Source: a virus (Duplodnaviria; Caudoviricetes). From it: a DNA stretch of 58,639 nucleotides. Position 1 is the first letter of the stretch. The number at the start of each line of letters is the position of its first letter. A program made the translations under genes and the position numbers. Positions 9,293 to 19,214 of this stretch are shown here, in pieces. The notes beneath the pieces are model-generated. The model ran no database searches. It was not told the DNA's origin and saw only the letters and a list, made by a program, of their open reading frames with translations. Location of the stretch: IMG/VR virus record IMGVR_UViG_3300034064_000176, positions 1 through 58,639 of that record. One strand, written 5' to 3'.

Positions 9293-11757
9293 ATCTACCC
9301 CTTGAGGAAAGCCCCGAGGGCGACGAGACGATCTACAAGCTATTTGACGAGAAGCCCGACGTCGAAGAACTCGAGGACGGGTCGGCTGTTGTCCGCATGA
9401 CCGAGAACGACGGCCCCGAAGAAGATCCGCAGTTCTATGAAAACCTTGCAGCCAAGATCGATCCAAACACCTTGGACGACCTCGCGCTTAAGTACCTTCA
9501 GCTATTCGAGAAGGACATGGAGGCCCGTAAGGAACGCGATAAGCAGTACGAGGAAGGCTTAAAGCGATCCGGTCTCGGTAACGAGGCTCCAGGCGGTGCA
9601 ACCTTCCAGGGCGCATCCAAGGCTGTACACCCAGTAATTGCCGAAGCCTGCGTGGATTTTGCCAGTCGGTGCATGAAAGAGATCATGCCGCCCGACGGCC
9701 CTGTGGGTACAAAAATCCTGGGCGACGTTACCGAGCAAAAGCAGGACATCGCTGAGCGTAAGCGCGACTTCATGAATTGGCAGTGTACCGAGCAGATCGA
9801 AGAGCTTCGCGATGAACTCGAGCAGCTTGCTACTCAGCTTCCCCTTGGTGGCAGCCAGTACCTGAAGCTTTGGTATGACGAGCAAAAGAAGCGCCCCTGC
9901 GCCGAGTTTGTGCCCATCGACAAGATCCTGTTGCCCTTCTCCGCGCCAAGCTTTTACACCGCCCAGCGTTGTACCGAAATGCAGGACATATCCGAGGAGG
10001 AGTTCAACCGCCGGATCGCTGCAAACCTTTACCTGGACGTTACCTATACCCGCGCCAGTATGGAGCCCGAGCCAACGGCCGCGCAAAAGGCTAACGAGAA
10101 AATCGAGGGCAAGAAGTCGACCAGCGAGAACATCGACGGTGAGCGGCGCGTCTTCCATTCCTACGTCAACCTTACGATTGAGGACGACGATAAGGCTGGC
10201 GACCTTGCGCCTTACATCCTGATGATCGATGAGCAGTCCCGGCAGGTGGTCGGCCTTTACCGTAACTGGGAAGAGGGCGACGAGCAGATGCAAAAGCTCG
10301 ACTGGCTCATCGAGTTCAAATTTATCCCTTGGCGCGGTGCTTATGCGATCGGTTTACCCCAGTTGATTGGAGGCCTGTCTGCGGCCCTTACAGGGGCCCT
10401 GAGAGCCCTTTTGGACTCTGCCCATATCAATAACTCACCGACCATGCTCAAGCTCAAGGGAGCCCGTATAACAGGCCAGAGCGTGCAGGTTGAGCCGACC
10501 CAGGTTGCCGAGATCGAGGGAGCCCCAGGCGTTGACGATATTAAGAAGATCGCCATGCCCTTCCCCTTCAATCCGCCGTCGCCCGTGCTCTTCGAGTTGC
10601 TGGGCTGGATTACCAACGCGGCCAAGGGCGTCGTAACAACGAGCGAAGAGAAGATCGCTGACATATCCAACAACGCACCGGTCGGAACCACCCAGGCTTT
10701 GATCGAGCAGGGCGCCGCGGTTTACTCCAGCATCCACATGAGACTGCACAAGTCCATGCGCAAGATGCTGATGGTCCTTGGTAGGATCAATCGCTGGTGG
10801 CTCGAGGATATGCGCAAGGGCGATATGGTCGAGGACCTCGTCATTGGTCGCCAGGACTTTGACCGCAACACCGACATCGTCCCCGTTTCTGATCCGCATA
10901 TCTTCAGCGAGACCCAACGCTTTGCCCAAAACCAAGCCCTGGCTGCACTCGCTAAGGACAACCCCGACCTATTTGATCGCCGGGAGGTCATGAAGCGGAT
11001 CTTGAAGCAAATGAAGGTGCCCGAGATCAATCAGGTCCTGCCGGATGTCCGCGAAGTCAAGGAGATGAACCCTGCGCTCGAGAACGTGGCCATGTCCCTC
11101 GGGCAGCCGGTCGCAGCCTTCCCGAACCAGGACCATATCGCGCACTTGCAGACCCACTTGGCCTACGCCATGGACCCTGTCTACGGCATGAACCCGATCA
11201 TCGGGCAGAAGTTCGTACCGGCCATGCTCGAGCACGCCAAGCAGCACTTAACGCTCTGGTACCTCAAGCGCATGGGCGAGTACATCAACGCCACCGAGGT
11301 CAAGGACATGGATACCCTAAAGGTCACGCCGATCTTCGAGGAGGCTCAGCAACTCATGTCCGCGGTTGCAAGGCACGTTCATATCGACTCGGCCGAGACC
11401 TTTGAGCCGATGATGCCGATCCTCCAGCAGCTTATGCAGATCGCGCAGCAAATGCAGCCCAAGCCACCGGTACCGCCGGAGGTCGAGGCCCTTGTTCAGA
11501 CTTCGATGGTAGAGACCCAGCGCCGAGCCCAAAAGGATCAGGGCGAACTCATGCTGAAGAAGGAAAAGCAAGATACCGACGTGGCGCAAAACGCCCAGAA
11601 GATCCAGGCCGACATCGCAATGAACGTCGAGGATAACCTTACCCGCCAGCAGATCGAGGCGGCAAAAATTGCCGGTGAGAACGCAGCACTCACCCAAGAG
11701 CAAGAGCGCACCGCTATGGCCGCGCAAGAGGCTGCACAACGAACCTTTGGAGTTTGA
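9277..11757 (+). CDS. Portal protein
   Basis: 826 aa; HPVIAEACVDF, PVGTTQALIEQG, PVSDPHIFS motifs of this podovirus portal family; lies before scaffold and capsid. Confidence 0.88.
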   Translation: MAIEMNLPLEESPEGDETIYKLFDEKPDVEELEDGSAVVRMTENDGPEEDPQFYENLAAKIDPNTLDDLALKYLQLFEKDMEARKERDKQYEEGLKRSGLGNEAPGGATFQGASKAVHPVIAEACVDFASRCMKEIMPPDGPVGTKILGDVTEQKQDIAERKRDFMNWQCTEQIEELRDELEQLATQLPLGGSQYLKLWYDEQKKRPCAEFVPIDKILLPFSAPSFYTAQRCTEMQDISEEEFNRRIAANLYLDVTYTRASMEPEPTAAQKANEKIEGKKSTSENIDGERRVFHSYVNLTIEDDDKAGDLAPYILMIDEQSRQVVGLYRNWEEGDEQMQKLDWLIEFKFIPWRGAYAIGLPQLIGGLSAALTGALRALLDSAHINNSPTMLKLKGARITGQSVQVEPTQVAEIEGAPGVDDIKKIAMPFPFNPPSPVLFELLGWITNAAKGVVTTSEEKIADISNNAPVGTTQALIEQGAAVYSSIHMRLHKSMRKMLMVLGRINRWWLEDMRKGDMVEDLVIGRQDFDRNTDIVPVSDPHIFSETQRFAQNQALAALAKDNPDLFDRREVMKRILKQMKVPEINQVLPDVREVKEMNPALENVAMSLGQPVAAFPNQDHIAHLQTHLAYAMDPVYGMNPIIGQKFVPAMLEHAKQHLTLWYLKRMGEYINATEVKDMDTLKVTPIFEEAQQLMSAVARHVHIDSAETFEPMMPILQQLMQIAQQMQPKPPVPPEVEALVQTSMVETQRRAQKDQGELMLKKEKQDTDVAQNAQKIQADIAMNVEDNLTRQQIEAAKIAGENAALTQEQERTAMAAQEAAQRTFGV

Positions 11758-11759
11758 AA

Positions 11760-11909
11760 ATGAGCGAAGCAATCAACATGCACAAGCGTCTTGCCATGGG
11801 CGAAAAGCTGACCGGCCAAAAGCTTAAACACGGCGGCAGCCCAAGCAAGAAGAAAGACGAGTCCCCCAACCTACGCCCTGAAGAGAAGAAATCAGTCAAG
11901 CGTAAATGA
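11760..11909 (+). CDS. Small basic protein with one GG tag (MSEAINMHKRLAMG..KLKHGG), 49 aa; not in the ORF track
   Basis: Fills the gap after portal; its TGA overlaps the next ATG (ATGA). Confidence 0.75.
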   Translation: MSEAINMHKRLAMGEKLTGQKLKHGGSPSKKKDESPNLRPEEKKSVKRK

Positions 11910-12088
11910 ACGACTTTTCTCAGCTTATCGGGATCATCAAGGGGTTGCAGGCTGATATTGCAACCTCCTTGGCGAACGGTAATGCCAACAGTTACGAGGT
12001 GTATCAGCGCCTCGTAGGTGAATACCGAGGGCTTGAACAAGCTCTGAAGGCTATCGACCAACTTTTAACGGAGGATCAGTATGACTAA
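11906..12088 (+). CDS. Hypothetical small helical protein
   Basis: 60 aa, translationally coupled on both sides. Confidence 0.75.
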   Translation: MNDFSQLIGIIKGLQADIATSLANGNANSYEVYQRLVGEYRGLEQALKAIDQLLTEDQYD

Positions 12089-12497
12089 CGCTTCGAATGA
12101 AGCGGCGATTCGGGAAGCATTTCCTGAAGTTCACCCAGGTGCAGCACCCTTAGGCGCTCGATTGCTCGTTCAGATCAAGTCGCCCAAGAAGAAAACGACG
12201 TCTTCGGGCATCGTTTTGGTCGAAGAGACCAAAGAGGTTGAGAAGTGGAACAGCCAAGTGGCCAAGGTTATTGCTATCGGCCCCCTTGCTTTCCGTAAAC
12301 GCGACTCGATGGACCCATGGCCGGAAGGCTCATGGTGCGAAATCGGCGAATTCGTCCGCGTTCCCAAGTGGGGCGGGGATCGATGGGAGGTTGCGGTACC
12401 CGGAAGCGATGAAAAGGCGCTGTTTTGCATCTTCAACGACCACGAGATCATCGCCAAGGTCACGATGGACCCCTTGACGATGCACATTTACATCTAG
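12081..12497 (+). CDS. groES: Co-chaperonin GroES-like protein
   Basis: PLGARLLV..TTSSGIVL..AKVIAIGP..IFNDHEIIA; GGAGG SD. Confidence 0.88.
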   Translation: MTNASNEAAIREAFPEVHPGAAPLGARLLVQIKSPKKKTTSSGIVLVEETKEVEKWNSQVAKVIAIGPLAFRKRDSMDPWPEGSWCEIGEFVRVPKWGGDRWEVAVPGSDEKALFCIFNDHEIIAKVTMDPLTMHIYI

Positions 12498-12513
12498 GTT
12501 TTGGGAGAAAACC

Positions 12514-13497
12514 GTGAATGCAAGCGACAAGCTAGAAATGCAGCTTAACGTTCAGGAGGCAAACGATGGCTCGGCCATTGTTGAACTGCCCGATAGCGTT
12601 GAGCCCATCGATCAGACCCCTCCGGAGCCGGATATTTCGGTCCATAACGGGTTTGTTAACAACAACGAAGACGATGACATCGACCCTTCGGACCCCGATC
12701 GCGAGGCAATTCGAGCCGCAAGGCGCGAAGAGCGCAAACTTAAGCGGCAATTGGGTAAAGAAGAGAAGCGCCACAACTACCACCTGATTTCCTCGCTCAA
12801 AAAGCAGAATCAGGAGCTTGCCGAACGCCTTGCAAGCCTCGAAAAGCGTACCTCCGGGGCAGAAATGGCCCGAGTGGACAAGGCTATCGAGGACGCTGAC
12901 GTTCGATTGCGCTGGACGCAGATGAAATTGAAGGAAGCAGTCGAGTCAGGCGACGGTGACGGGGTGGTAAACGCTCAGGAAGCCATGTACGAGGCCAAGC
13001 GGCAGGTCGAAGCGCTGCAAAACCTCAAGCATCAAGCCTCCAGGCAGATCGAGACCTCGGGGATTAAGCCCCCGGACCCCGATATGCAGCGCCTAGCATC
13101 CGATTGGATGTCCAAAAACCGGTGGTACGACCCCAAGGGCCGCGATACCGATTCCAAGGTAGCACTTCAGATCGATAAAGCCATGGCCGAAGAGGGGTAC
13201 GACCCATCAACCGAAGAGTATTGGGACGAGCTTGATGAACGCTTGTCAAAGTACCTTCCTCATCGTTACAATCAAGGCAAGAGCAATAGTCGTCCGAGAC
13301 CACGCTCTGTTGTAACGGGTTCCGAGCGGTCCAGTTCGAGCACCTCAGGTAGCAGCAACGAGTTTTTACTCTCGCCCCAACGGGTAGCTGCGATCAAGGA
13401 AGCTGGAATGTGGGACAACAAGGAACAACGCATGAAGATGATCAAACGCTTCATGGATTTCGACCGTGAACAACAAAGGAGTGGAAATGGACGATAG
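12514..13497 (+). CDS. Putative capsid scaffolding protein
   Basis: Acidic N-terminus, long coiled coil, W..KN.WY motif; lies upstream of the capsid gene. Confidence 0.7.
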   Translation: MNASDKLEMQLNVQEANDGSAIVELPDSVEPIDQTPPEPDISVHNGFVNNNEDDDIDPSDPDREAIRAARREERKLKRQLGKEEKRHNYHLISSLKKQNQELAERLASLEKRTSGAEMARVDKAIEDADVRLRWTQMKLKEAVESGDGDGVVNAQEAMYEAKRQVEALQNLKHQASRQIETSGIKPPDPDMQRLASDWMSKNRWYDPKGRDTDSKVALQIDKAMAEEGYDPSTEEYWDELDERLSKYLPHRYNQGKSNSRPRPRSVVTGSERSSSSTSGSSNEFLLSPQRVAAIKEAGMWDNKEQRMKMIKRFMDFDREQQRSGNGR

Positions 13498-14023
13498 GCT
13501 TAGAAAGAATTCTGACGCTGGCCGACGCTCTCGGGCTTCCGAGGATCGACAGCGTGACGCACCTGAGGCAGGTTTTGCCTTTGCGGGGGAACGTCGCAAG
13601 ATGTTCCGGTCGGAGTGGCTACAGGAGGCTCTCCCGACACCGCCGGAGATTCCCGGCTTCCACCTTTGTTGGCTATCGACTACCAATTCGTATGATCCGA
13701 TTCACAAGCGGATGCGCCTGGGCTACGAGCCTGTTAAAGCTGATGATCTTCCCGGCTTTGAGCATCTAAAAGTGAAAGCAGGCGAGTTTGCAGGGTTTGT
13801 AGCATGTAACGAAATGATCTTGTTCAAGCTTCCAATGGACATTTATCAGGATTACATGACGCAGGCTCACTTCGATGCGCCCCTGGAAGAGCAGGAAAAG
13901 ATCCGGGTGCAAGTCGAGCAGTTGCAAGGCGCACGCGACTCAAACGGCAGACGGCTTGGGATGGTTGAGGGCGACGGGATGAATTTTGACCAACCAACTC
14001 GACCCCCGGTATTCGAGGGTTGA
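13487..14023 (+). CDS. Conserved head-region hypothetical protein
   Basis: AGGAG SD before ATG 13487; LP.PP..PG..W..GYEPV motif. Confidence 0.7.
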   Translation: MDDRLRKNSDAGRRSRASEDRQRDAPEAGFAFAGERRKMFRSEWLQEALPTPPEIPGFHLCWLSTTNSYDPIHKRMRLGYEPVKADDLPGFEHLKVKAGEFAGFVACNEMILFKLPMDIYQDYMTQAHFDAPLEEQEKIRVQVEQLQGARDSNGRRLGMVEGDGMNFDQPTRPPVFEG

Positions 14024-14042
14024 AACCTCAGGAGTCTGACAA

Positions 14043-14639
14043 ATGAGTGCTACCTCTGCTGCCTTTGGCATGCGGCCTGCGTTCCACCCGTCTGGGTTGG
14101 ACCGTGCGCAAGCAATCGCCAATGGCATTACGTCGGGTTACGCGACGAACATCCTCAAGGGTCAGCCTGTCAAGATCGACGTCAGCACCGGCGCTATCGT
14201 AGTTGCCGCTGCTGGTGACGCTTTTGTGGGCTGTTTCGCAGGCGTGGAATTCACCGACACCACGGGTCGTCGGCGCGTTTCCAACTACTGGCCTGCTTCC
14301 ACCTCGGCCACCGAGATCGTTGCGTATTTCTACAGCGATCCCGCCATCGTTTACGAGATCCAGACCAACGCCACCATCGCGCAAACCGCGATCGGCCAGG
14401 AATACGATCTTGCATCGACGACCGCCGGAAGCACGACCACAGGTCTTTCTGCTTGCATGCTGAGCACCTCGGCTGCCGCAGCTAACGCCTCCGCCCAAAT
14501 GCGCGTGATCGACATTGCGCCTTACCCCGACAATGCTTGGGGCGATACCTATGTCATCGTGCGTGCCCAGATTGCCGAGCATCAGTTCGGTGCCATCTAC
14601 ACGGGTTCGGCGAAGGCCTACCCCGTAACCATCGCTTAA
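14043..14639 (+). CDS. Putative capsid decoration/cement protein
   Basis: AFGMRP..GQPV..GCFAGVEF..DP.IVYEIQ; immediately before the MCP. Confidence 0.7.
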   Translation: MSATSAAFGMRPAFHPSGLDRAQAIANGITSGYATNILKGQPVKIDVSTGAIVVAAAGDAFVGCFAGVEFTDTTGRRRVSNYWPASTSATEIVAYFYSDPAIVYEIQTNATIAQTAIGQEYDLASTTAGSTTTGLSACMLSTSAAAANASAQMRVIDIAPYPDNAWGDTYVIVRAQIAEHQFGAIYTGSAKAYPVTIA

Positions 14640-14652
14640 GGAGGGCTAGATC

Positions 14653-15567
14653 ATGGCAGCCCCGATGCGCAGTACCGACTTTCGGTCGATTGTCGAACCG
14701 ATCCTTAACGAATCGTTCGACGGCATTTACGACCAGAGAGCCGATGAATGGTCTACCGTTTTCCGTGAGCAAAACGGTATCCCCCGTAACTACCACGAAG
14801 AGCCGGTCCTTTATGGTTTCGGCGCAGCCCCTGAAATGCCTGACGGCACTCCCGTCACATATCAGCAGGGCGGCGTGCTCTTCCTCAAGCGCTATGTGTA
14901 CAAGGTCTATGGTTTGGCCTTCGCACTGACCAAAGTGCTCGTGGAAGACGGCGACCATATCCGGATTGGTCAGGTCTATGCTAAGCACCTCGCACAGTCT
15001 CTCGTCGAGACCAAGGAGACCTTGGCAGCCAACGTGCTCAACCGTGCCTTTACCGCAGGCTATAACGGTGGCGACGGCGTTCCTTTGAACTCCGCCTCTC
15101 ACCCAATCGTCTCGGGCACCTTCAGCAACCTGCTTACGACGGCTGCGAACCTTTCGCAAACGTCCCTTGAGCAGATGCTCATCCAGATCCGTCAGGCTGT
15201 TGACAACAACGGCAAGAAGATCCGTTTGAACCCGCTGAAGTTGGTTGTTGCTCCTGGCAACACCTTCCAGGCTGAAGTTCTGCTTAAGAGCGTTCTGCGT
15301 GCTGGTACCGCGAACAACGACATCAACCCGATCAAATCGATTGGCTTGCTGTCCGAGGGCGCTTCGGTTATCAGCCGTTTGACCTCGCCTACCGCATGGT
15401 GGGTGCAGACCGACGCACCGGAAGGCATGAAGCTGATGATGCGCCGCGCCCTTGAGAAGACCATGGAAGGTGACTTCGAAACCGACTCCATGCGCTACAA
15501 GGCCACCGAGCGTTATGACATCGGCTGGACCGACCCGCGTGCCATGTACGGTACTCCTGGCGTCTAA
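14653..15567 (+). CDS. Major capsid protein
   Basis: 304 aa; GGDGVPL.SASHP, P.KLVV.P, DFETD..RYKATERY..GWTDPR; strong SD and biased codons. Confidence 0.9.
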   Translation: MAAPMRSTDFRSIVEPILNESFDGIYDQRADEWSTVFREQNGIPRNYHEEPVLYGFGAAPEMPDGTPVTYQQGGVLFLKRYVYKVYGLAFALTKVLVEDGDHIRIGQVYAKHLAQSLVETKETLAANVLNRAFTAGYNGGDGVPLNSASHPIVSGTFSNLLTTAANLSQTSLEQMLIQIRQAVDNNGKKIRLNPLKLVVAPGNTFQAEVLLKSVLRAGTANNDINPIKSIGLLSEGASVISRLTSPTAWWVQTDAPEGMKLMMRRALEKTMEGDFETDSMRYKATERYDIGWTDPRAMYGTPGV

Positions 15568-15573
15568 ACCGGC

Positions 15574-15591
15574 GAGGGGCTTCGGCCCCTC
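15574..15591 (+). terminator. cUUCGg hairpin after the MCP (processing or weak terminator)
   Basis: GAGGGGC-TTCG-GCCCCTC; no U-tract. Confidence 0.55.
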
Positions 15592-15609
15592 TCCTCATAG
15601 GAGAGAAAA

Positions 15610-16002
15610 ATGGCGTACAACAACAATGTGACTAATGCAGCAGGCGTACTGTCGGCGATCACCGCAACGATCGCTTATACGGACACCTCCGCGGTCACCA
15701 TTGGCACGCTCCCCGCAGGCGCTCAGATCGTTGATGTCAACATCGACGTGACGACTGCTTTCAATGCCGGTACGACCAACACGGTCACGGTAGGCAAGAC
15801 GGGATCGGCTGCGGCGTTTGTTGCTGCTACTTCGGTTGGCTCTGCTGGACGCGCTTCGGTCGCCACGACCGGCGTATACAGTGCCTGGGCTAACGTGGGT
15901 ACCAGCGATATTGACTATGCAACCGTGACCTTTAGCCAGACCGGCACAGCAGCAAGTGCAGGCGCTGCCCGTGTGACGATCGTCTACAAGTCGTTCGCAT
16001 AA
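15610..16002 (+). CDS. Putative minor capsid/spike protein
   Basis: Beta-rich; LPAGAQI..VTTAFNAG..VG motif; follows the MCP. Confidence 0.65.
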   Translation: MAYNNNVTNAAGVLSAITATIAYTDTSAVTIGTLPAGAQIVDVNIDVTTAFNAGTTNTVTVGKTGSAAAFVAATSVGSAGRASVATTGVYSAWANVGTSDIDYATVTFSQTGTAASAGAARVTIVYKSFA

Positions 16003-16012
16003 GGAGCGGATC

Positions 16013-16588
16013 ATGGGTCAGTTCAAGCCGATGGTGAAAATGATGACCACCGAGCCTTCAGTGGAATTGAAGCTGAAGAAGGGTGGCCATGTGCAACGTA
16101 AAGCGATGGGCGGGATGCCCGACGCTATGGGTATGCCTGCGGCTGCAAAGCCTTCAGAGCGTGGTATCCCCATGGCAGCACGTCGTGGTATCGCTCCCAA
16201 GATGACCGTGCCTAAAGGCGGTATGCGCGGTCCAATGATGCGCAAGAAGGGCGGCGAGGTTGAGTCCAAATCGATGCACAAGGCCGAAATGGCCGAGATG
16301 AAAGGCATCAAGAAGGAACTCAAGTCCCACGAGGACAAGCCTGCCTCCAAGGCGCATAAAGGCCTTAAATCGGGTGGTGTTGCAGCCTATGCAACCGGTG
16401 GCGTTATTGAGAAGTATGCGACCGGTGGCGTTATCCAAAAGTTCAAGAAGGGCGGACTTCAGGACGACGGCAAGGCAGTGAAGTACCCGAAGGTGCCTGC
16501 TACCAAACCTCCGTACATTACGAAGCTTGCCGACACCCACAAAAAGGGCGGTCGGATTGCTAAGAAGGCCTACGGCGGCGCGTGCTGA
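16013..16588 (+). CDS. Lys/Met/Gly-rich basic protein with 9 GG tags
   Basis: LKKGGHV, KAMGG, RKKGGEV, LKSGGV, YATGGVI x2, FKKGG, HKKGGRI, KAYGG. Confidence 0.8.
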   Translation: MGQFKPMVKMMTTEPSVELKLKKGGHVQRKAMGGMPDAMGMPAAAKPSERGIPMAARRGIAPKMTVPKGGMRGPMMRKKGGEVESKSMHKAEMAEMKGIKKELKSHEDKPASKAHKGLKSGGVAAYATGGVIEKYATGGVIQKFKKGGLQDDGKAVKYPKVPATKPPYITKLADTHKKGGRIAKKAYGGAC

Positions 16589-16592
16589 AACG

Positions 16593-16619
16593 GTGGGGGC
16601 TAAGGCCCCCGCTTACTTT
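16593..16619 (+). terminator. Probable intrinsic terminator
   Basis: GTGGGGGC-TAAG-GCCCCCGC followed by TTACTTT. Confidence 0.55.
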
Positions 16620-16630
16620 AAGGACTTGCA

Positions 16631-16933
16631 ATGAAAGTTCAATCCGTTTCAAAGACAGGAGTAGGCTCAAGCAGCGCTCTGGTCATGAATACCAACATCA
16701 GCCCCTTTAACGTCGGGTTTGGTGTCGTTGTAACTGGGACGGTCAACTATACCGTCCAGCACACTTTTGATGATCCGGCAATTGGCTTTACGACTTGGTT
16801 CTCGCATCCTACGGTAGCCTCGCTGGCAGCCAATGCCGATGGCAACTATGCCTTCCCGGTTACCGGCGTTAAGGTCCTGGTGAACTCGGGATCGGGTACC
16901 GCAACGCTTAATCTCATCCAAGCAGGTATCTGA
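16631..16933 (+). CDS. Small beta-rich structural protein
   Basis: 100 aa with AAGGA SD, within the structural operon. Confidence 0.65.
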   Translation: MKVQSVSKTGVGSSSALVMNTNISPFNVGFGVVVTGTVNYTVQHTFDDPAIGFTTWFSHPTVASLAANADGNYAFPVTGVKVLVNSGSGTATLNLIQAGI

Positions 16934-17172
16934 TGGGCATCGTCGGCTACACCGGCGTTGCTGATCAAGCCAATACGTCCGATGGGTTTGCTCGTGGCAT
17001 AGGGGCTCAAAACGTCATTGGCGGCACGGATTGGGGCCTGGACGTTGGCGATAACGGCGTGGTCGATATGTATGGCGCGGCACCAACAACCACCTTCTAC
17101 ATTCTTGATGAGACAGACCCAGGGTATGTCCTTCAAGAAGATAACAACAAGATCGTATTGGAGGCCTCGTAA
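16933..17172 (+). CDS. Small structural adaptor with C-terminal LQED..I.LE motif
   Basis: Coupled TGATG start; ends ILDETDPGYVLQEDNNKIVLEAS. Confidence 0.6.
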   Translation: MGIVGYTGVADQANTSDGFARGIGAQNVIGGTDWGLDVGDNGVVDMYGAAPTTTFYILDETDPGYVLQEDNNKIVLEAS

Positions 17173-17756
17173 TGGCTGATCAAAAGATTTCCGCGATGCC
17201 TACCGCCGCAACCCTGACGGGTGCGGAGCTTATCCCCATGGTCCAGAGCGGTGCGAACGTCAAGGCAACGCTATCAACCCTTCGTGCTTTTGACGCAGCT
17301 TATGGTGCCTTTAGCAGCAACGTCGACCAAACTGGAAGTATTAGCGCGGGCACGGCCATGACGTTCAATTCCGTGGATGTTGCAGACGGCGTTACAGTCG
17401 CAAGTAGCAGCAGGATTACCGTTCCCAACACCGGGATTTATAATCTGCAATTCAGTGCTCAGTTTAAGAACGTCGAAAACACGCAAGAGGATGTCACGAT
17501 CTGGTTTCGGGTTGATGGCGTTGATCTCGCCAACTCGGCAACTCAAATGACGATACCCGCACGCAAGTCTGCAAGCATATTCGGTTATGGGGTCGCGGCC
17601 TGGAATATTTTCCTGTCGCTTACCGCGGCCCAGTACGTTCAAATTGTATGGCTTCCAACCGTTGCAACCTTGACGATGGAAAACCTTCCCGCAAGCGTAT
17701 CGCCTGCTTATCCGGCGATCCCCTCCGTTATCGCTACTATGGGGCAGGTGGCCTAA
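17172..17756 (+). CDS. Short fibre/spike: KIS.LP N-module plus C1q-like beta head
   Basis: KISAMPTA..L.G.ELIP.VQ.G; ITVPNTGIYNLQFSAQF. Confidence 0.65.
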   Translation: MADQKISAMPTAATLTGAELIPMVQSGANVKATLSTLRAFDAAYGAFSSNVDQTGSISAGTAMTFNSVDVADGVTVASSSRITVPNTGIYNLQFSAQFKNVENTQEDVTIWFRVDGVDLANSATQMTIPARKSASIFGYGVAAWNIFLSLTAAQYVQIVWLPTVATLTMENLPASVSPAYPAIPSVIATMGQVA

Positions 17757-18155
17757 ATGCCAGCCAAGTCGAAAGAGCAGTTCCGCCTGATGCAGGCGGT
17801 GGCCCATAACCCCTCGTTCGCTAAGAAGGTCGGTATCAAGCCGAGCGTAGGGTCTGAGTACACCAAATCCAACGTCGGGGGAAAGTCCTATGCAAAACTT
17901 CCTGAACGCCTTAAAGAGGGTGGCCCGAGCCTTGCGGTTGGCCGTGGCGAGAAGCTTCCGGTCTCTCAAGGCGCGGGTCTTACCGCCAAGGGTAGAGCGA
18001 AATACAACCGAGAAACAGGATCAAACCTAAAGGCTCCACAGCCCGAAGGAGGCGCTAGAAAGCGTTCCTTTTGCGCGAGAATGCAAGGGGTAGTGGATAA
18101 TGCCAAGGGACCCGCTGAACGCGCCAAAGCGTCCCTACGGCGCTGGAAATGCTAA
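17757..18155 (+). CDS. Basic protein, DUF6321-like C-terminus, one GG tag (LKEGG)
   Basis: GL..KGRAKYN..GSNLKAP..RKRSFCARM..SLRRWKC. Confidence 0.65.
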   Translation: MPAKSKEQFRLMQAVAHNPSFAKKVGIKPSVGSEYTKSNVGGKSYAKLPERLKEGGPSLAVGRGEKLPVSQGAGLTAKGRAKYNRETGSNLKAPQPEGGARKRSFCARMQGVVDNAKGPAERAKASLRRWKC

Positions 18156-18164
18156 GGGGTAGCG

Positions 18165-19214
18165 ATGACAACATCGGGCACGGTAGGCCAAACAGTCATC
18201 ACGACGCAAAGCCTCATCGATCATGGGGCTCGTCGCAGCGGTAAGTTTGCCGAATCGCTGACGGTCGAGCAGGTCAACGCCTCCAGGCAAAACCTTTACT
18301 ACCTGCTATCGAACCTCGCAAACCGCGGGATTCAGTTTTGGTGCGTCGAGCAGACCATTATCGGCATGAAGGCCTTGCAGTACATCTACGACCTCCCTGT
18401 CGGGACCGTGGACGTGCGCAATGTGCTCTACCGCAAGACGATGAGGCCCTCGGGTTCTTACACGTCCTCGGCCGGTGGCACAGTCGCCAATGCCTTTGAT
18501 GAGAATACCGACACCATTTGCACACAAACCTCGGCTGGCGGCAATATCGCAATCCAGTACACCGAGGACACCTACGTCACGATGGTCGGTCTCCTTCCGG
18601 GTACTTCCTCAACGGTTAACCTCATCATCGAGTATTCCTCCGACGGATCGACCTGGAGCACACTTAAGAACCCCGGGTCGACGGTCTTGGTAGACAACGA
18701 GTGGACATGGTTCACGATCGAGCCTGGGGTATCGGTCGAGTATTACCGCGTGAGGGCCGTATCAGGCACCCTGGTTATGCGCGAGGTCTACTTTGGGACT
18801 ACGGTCACCGATATTCCGATGGCTAGGCTTAACCAAGACGACTATACGAACCTGCCGAACCGCAACTTCCCAAGCAATCAGCCCCTGCAATTCTGGTTTG
18901 ATCGCAAGCTGGACCCCCAGGTTTACTTGTGGCCGGTCCCGAATAATAGCTTTGTGCAAATGGTCTGCTGGCGGCAGCGTCAGATCGAGGATGTCGGGGC
19001 CTTAAAGGACTCCATTGAGGTCCCCCAGCGCTGGTTCCCGGCCATTCAGGCCATGCTTGCCCATGCGATGAGCCTCGAGCTTCCTGACGTGCAGGAAAAC
19101 CGCATCCTCATGCTTGAAAAGTACGCCAAGGAGGCCTTGTACGACGTTGAGCAGGAAGAGCGCGACAAGAGCCCGATCTACTTCGCCCCGAACATTTCGA
19201 TGTACACCCGATAA
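18165..19214 (+). CDS. Head-tail adaptor with inserted F5/8-like carbohydrate-binding domain
   Basis: MTTSGT start, LANRGI..W, YLWPVP; insert ANAFD..EYSSDGSTW..YYRV. Confidence 0.65.
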   Translation: MTTSGTVGQTVITTQSLIDHGARRSGKFAESLTVEQVNASRQNLYYLLSNLANRGIQFWCVEQTIIGMKALQYIYDLPVGTVDVRNVLYRKTMRPSGSYTSSAGGTVANAFDENTDTICTQTSAGGNIAIQYTEDTYVTMVGLLPGTSSTVNLIIEYSSDGSTWSTLKNPGSTVLVDNEWTWFTIEPGVSVEYYRVRAVSGTLVMREVYFGTTVTDIPMARLNQDDYTNLPNRNFPSNQPLQFWFDRKLDPQVYLWPVPNNSFVQMVCWRQRQIEDVGALKDSIEVPQRWFPAIQAMLAHAMSLELPDVQENRILMLEKYAKEALYDVEQEERDKSPIYFAPNISMYTR

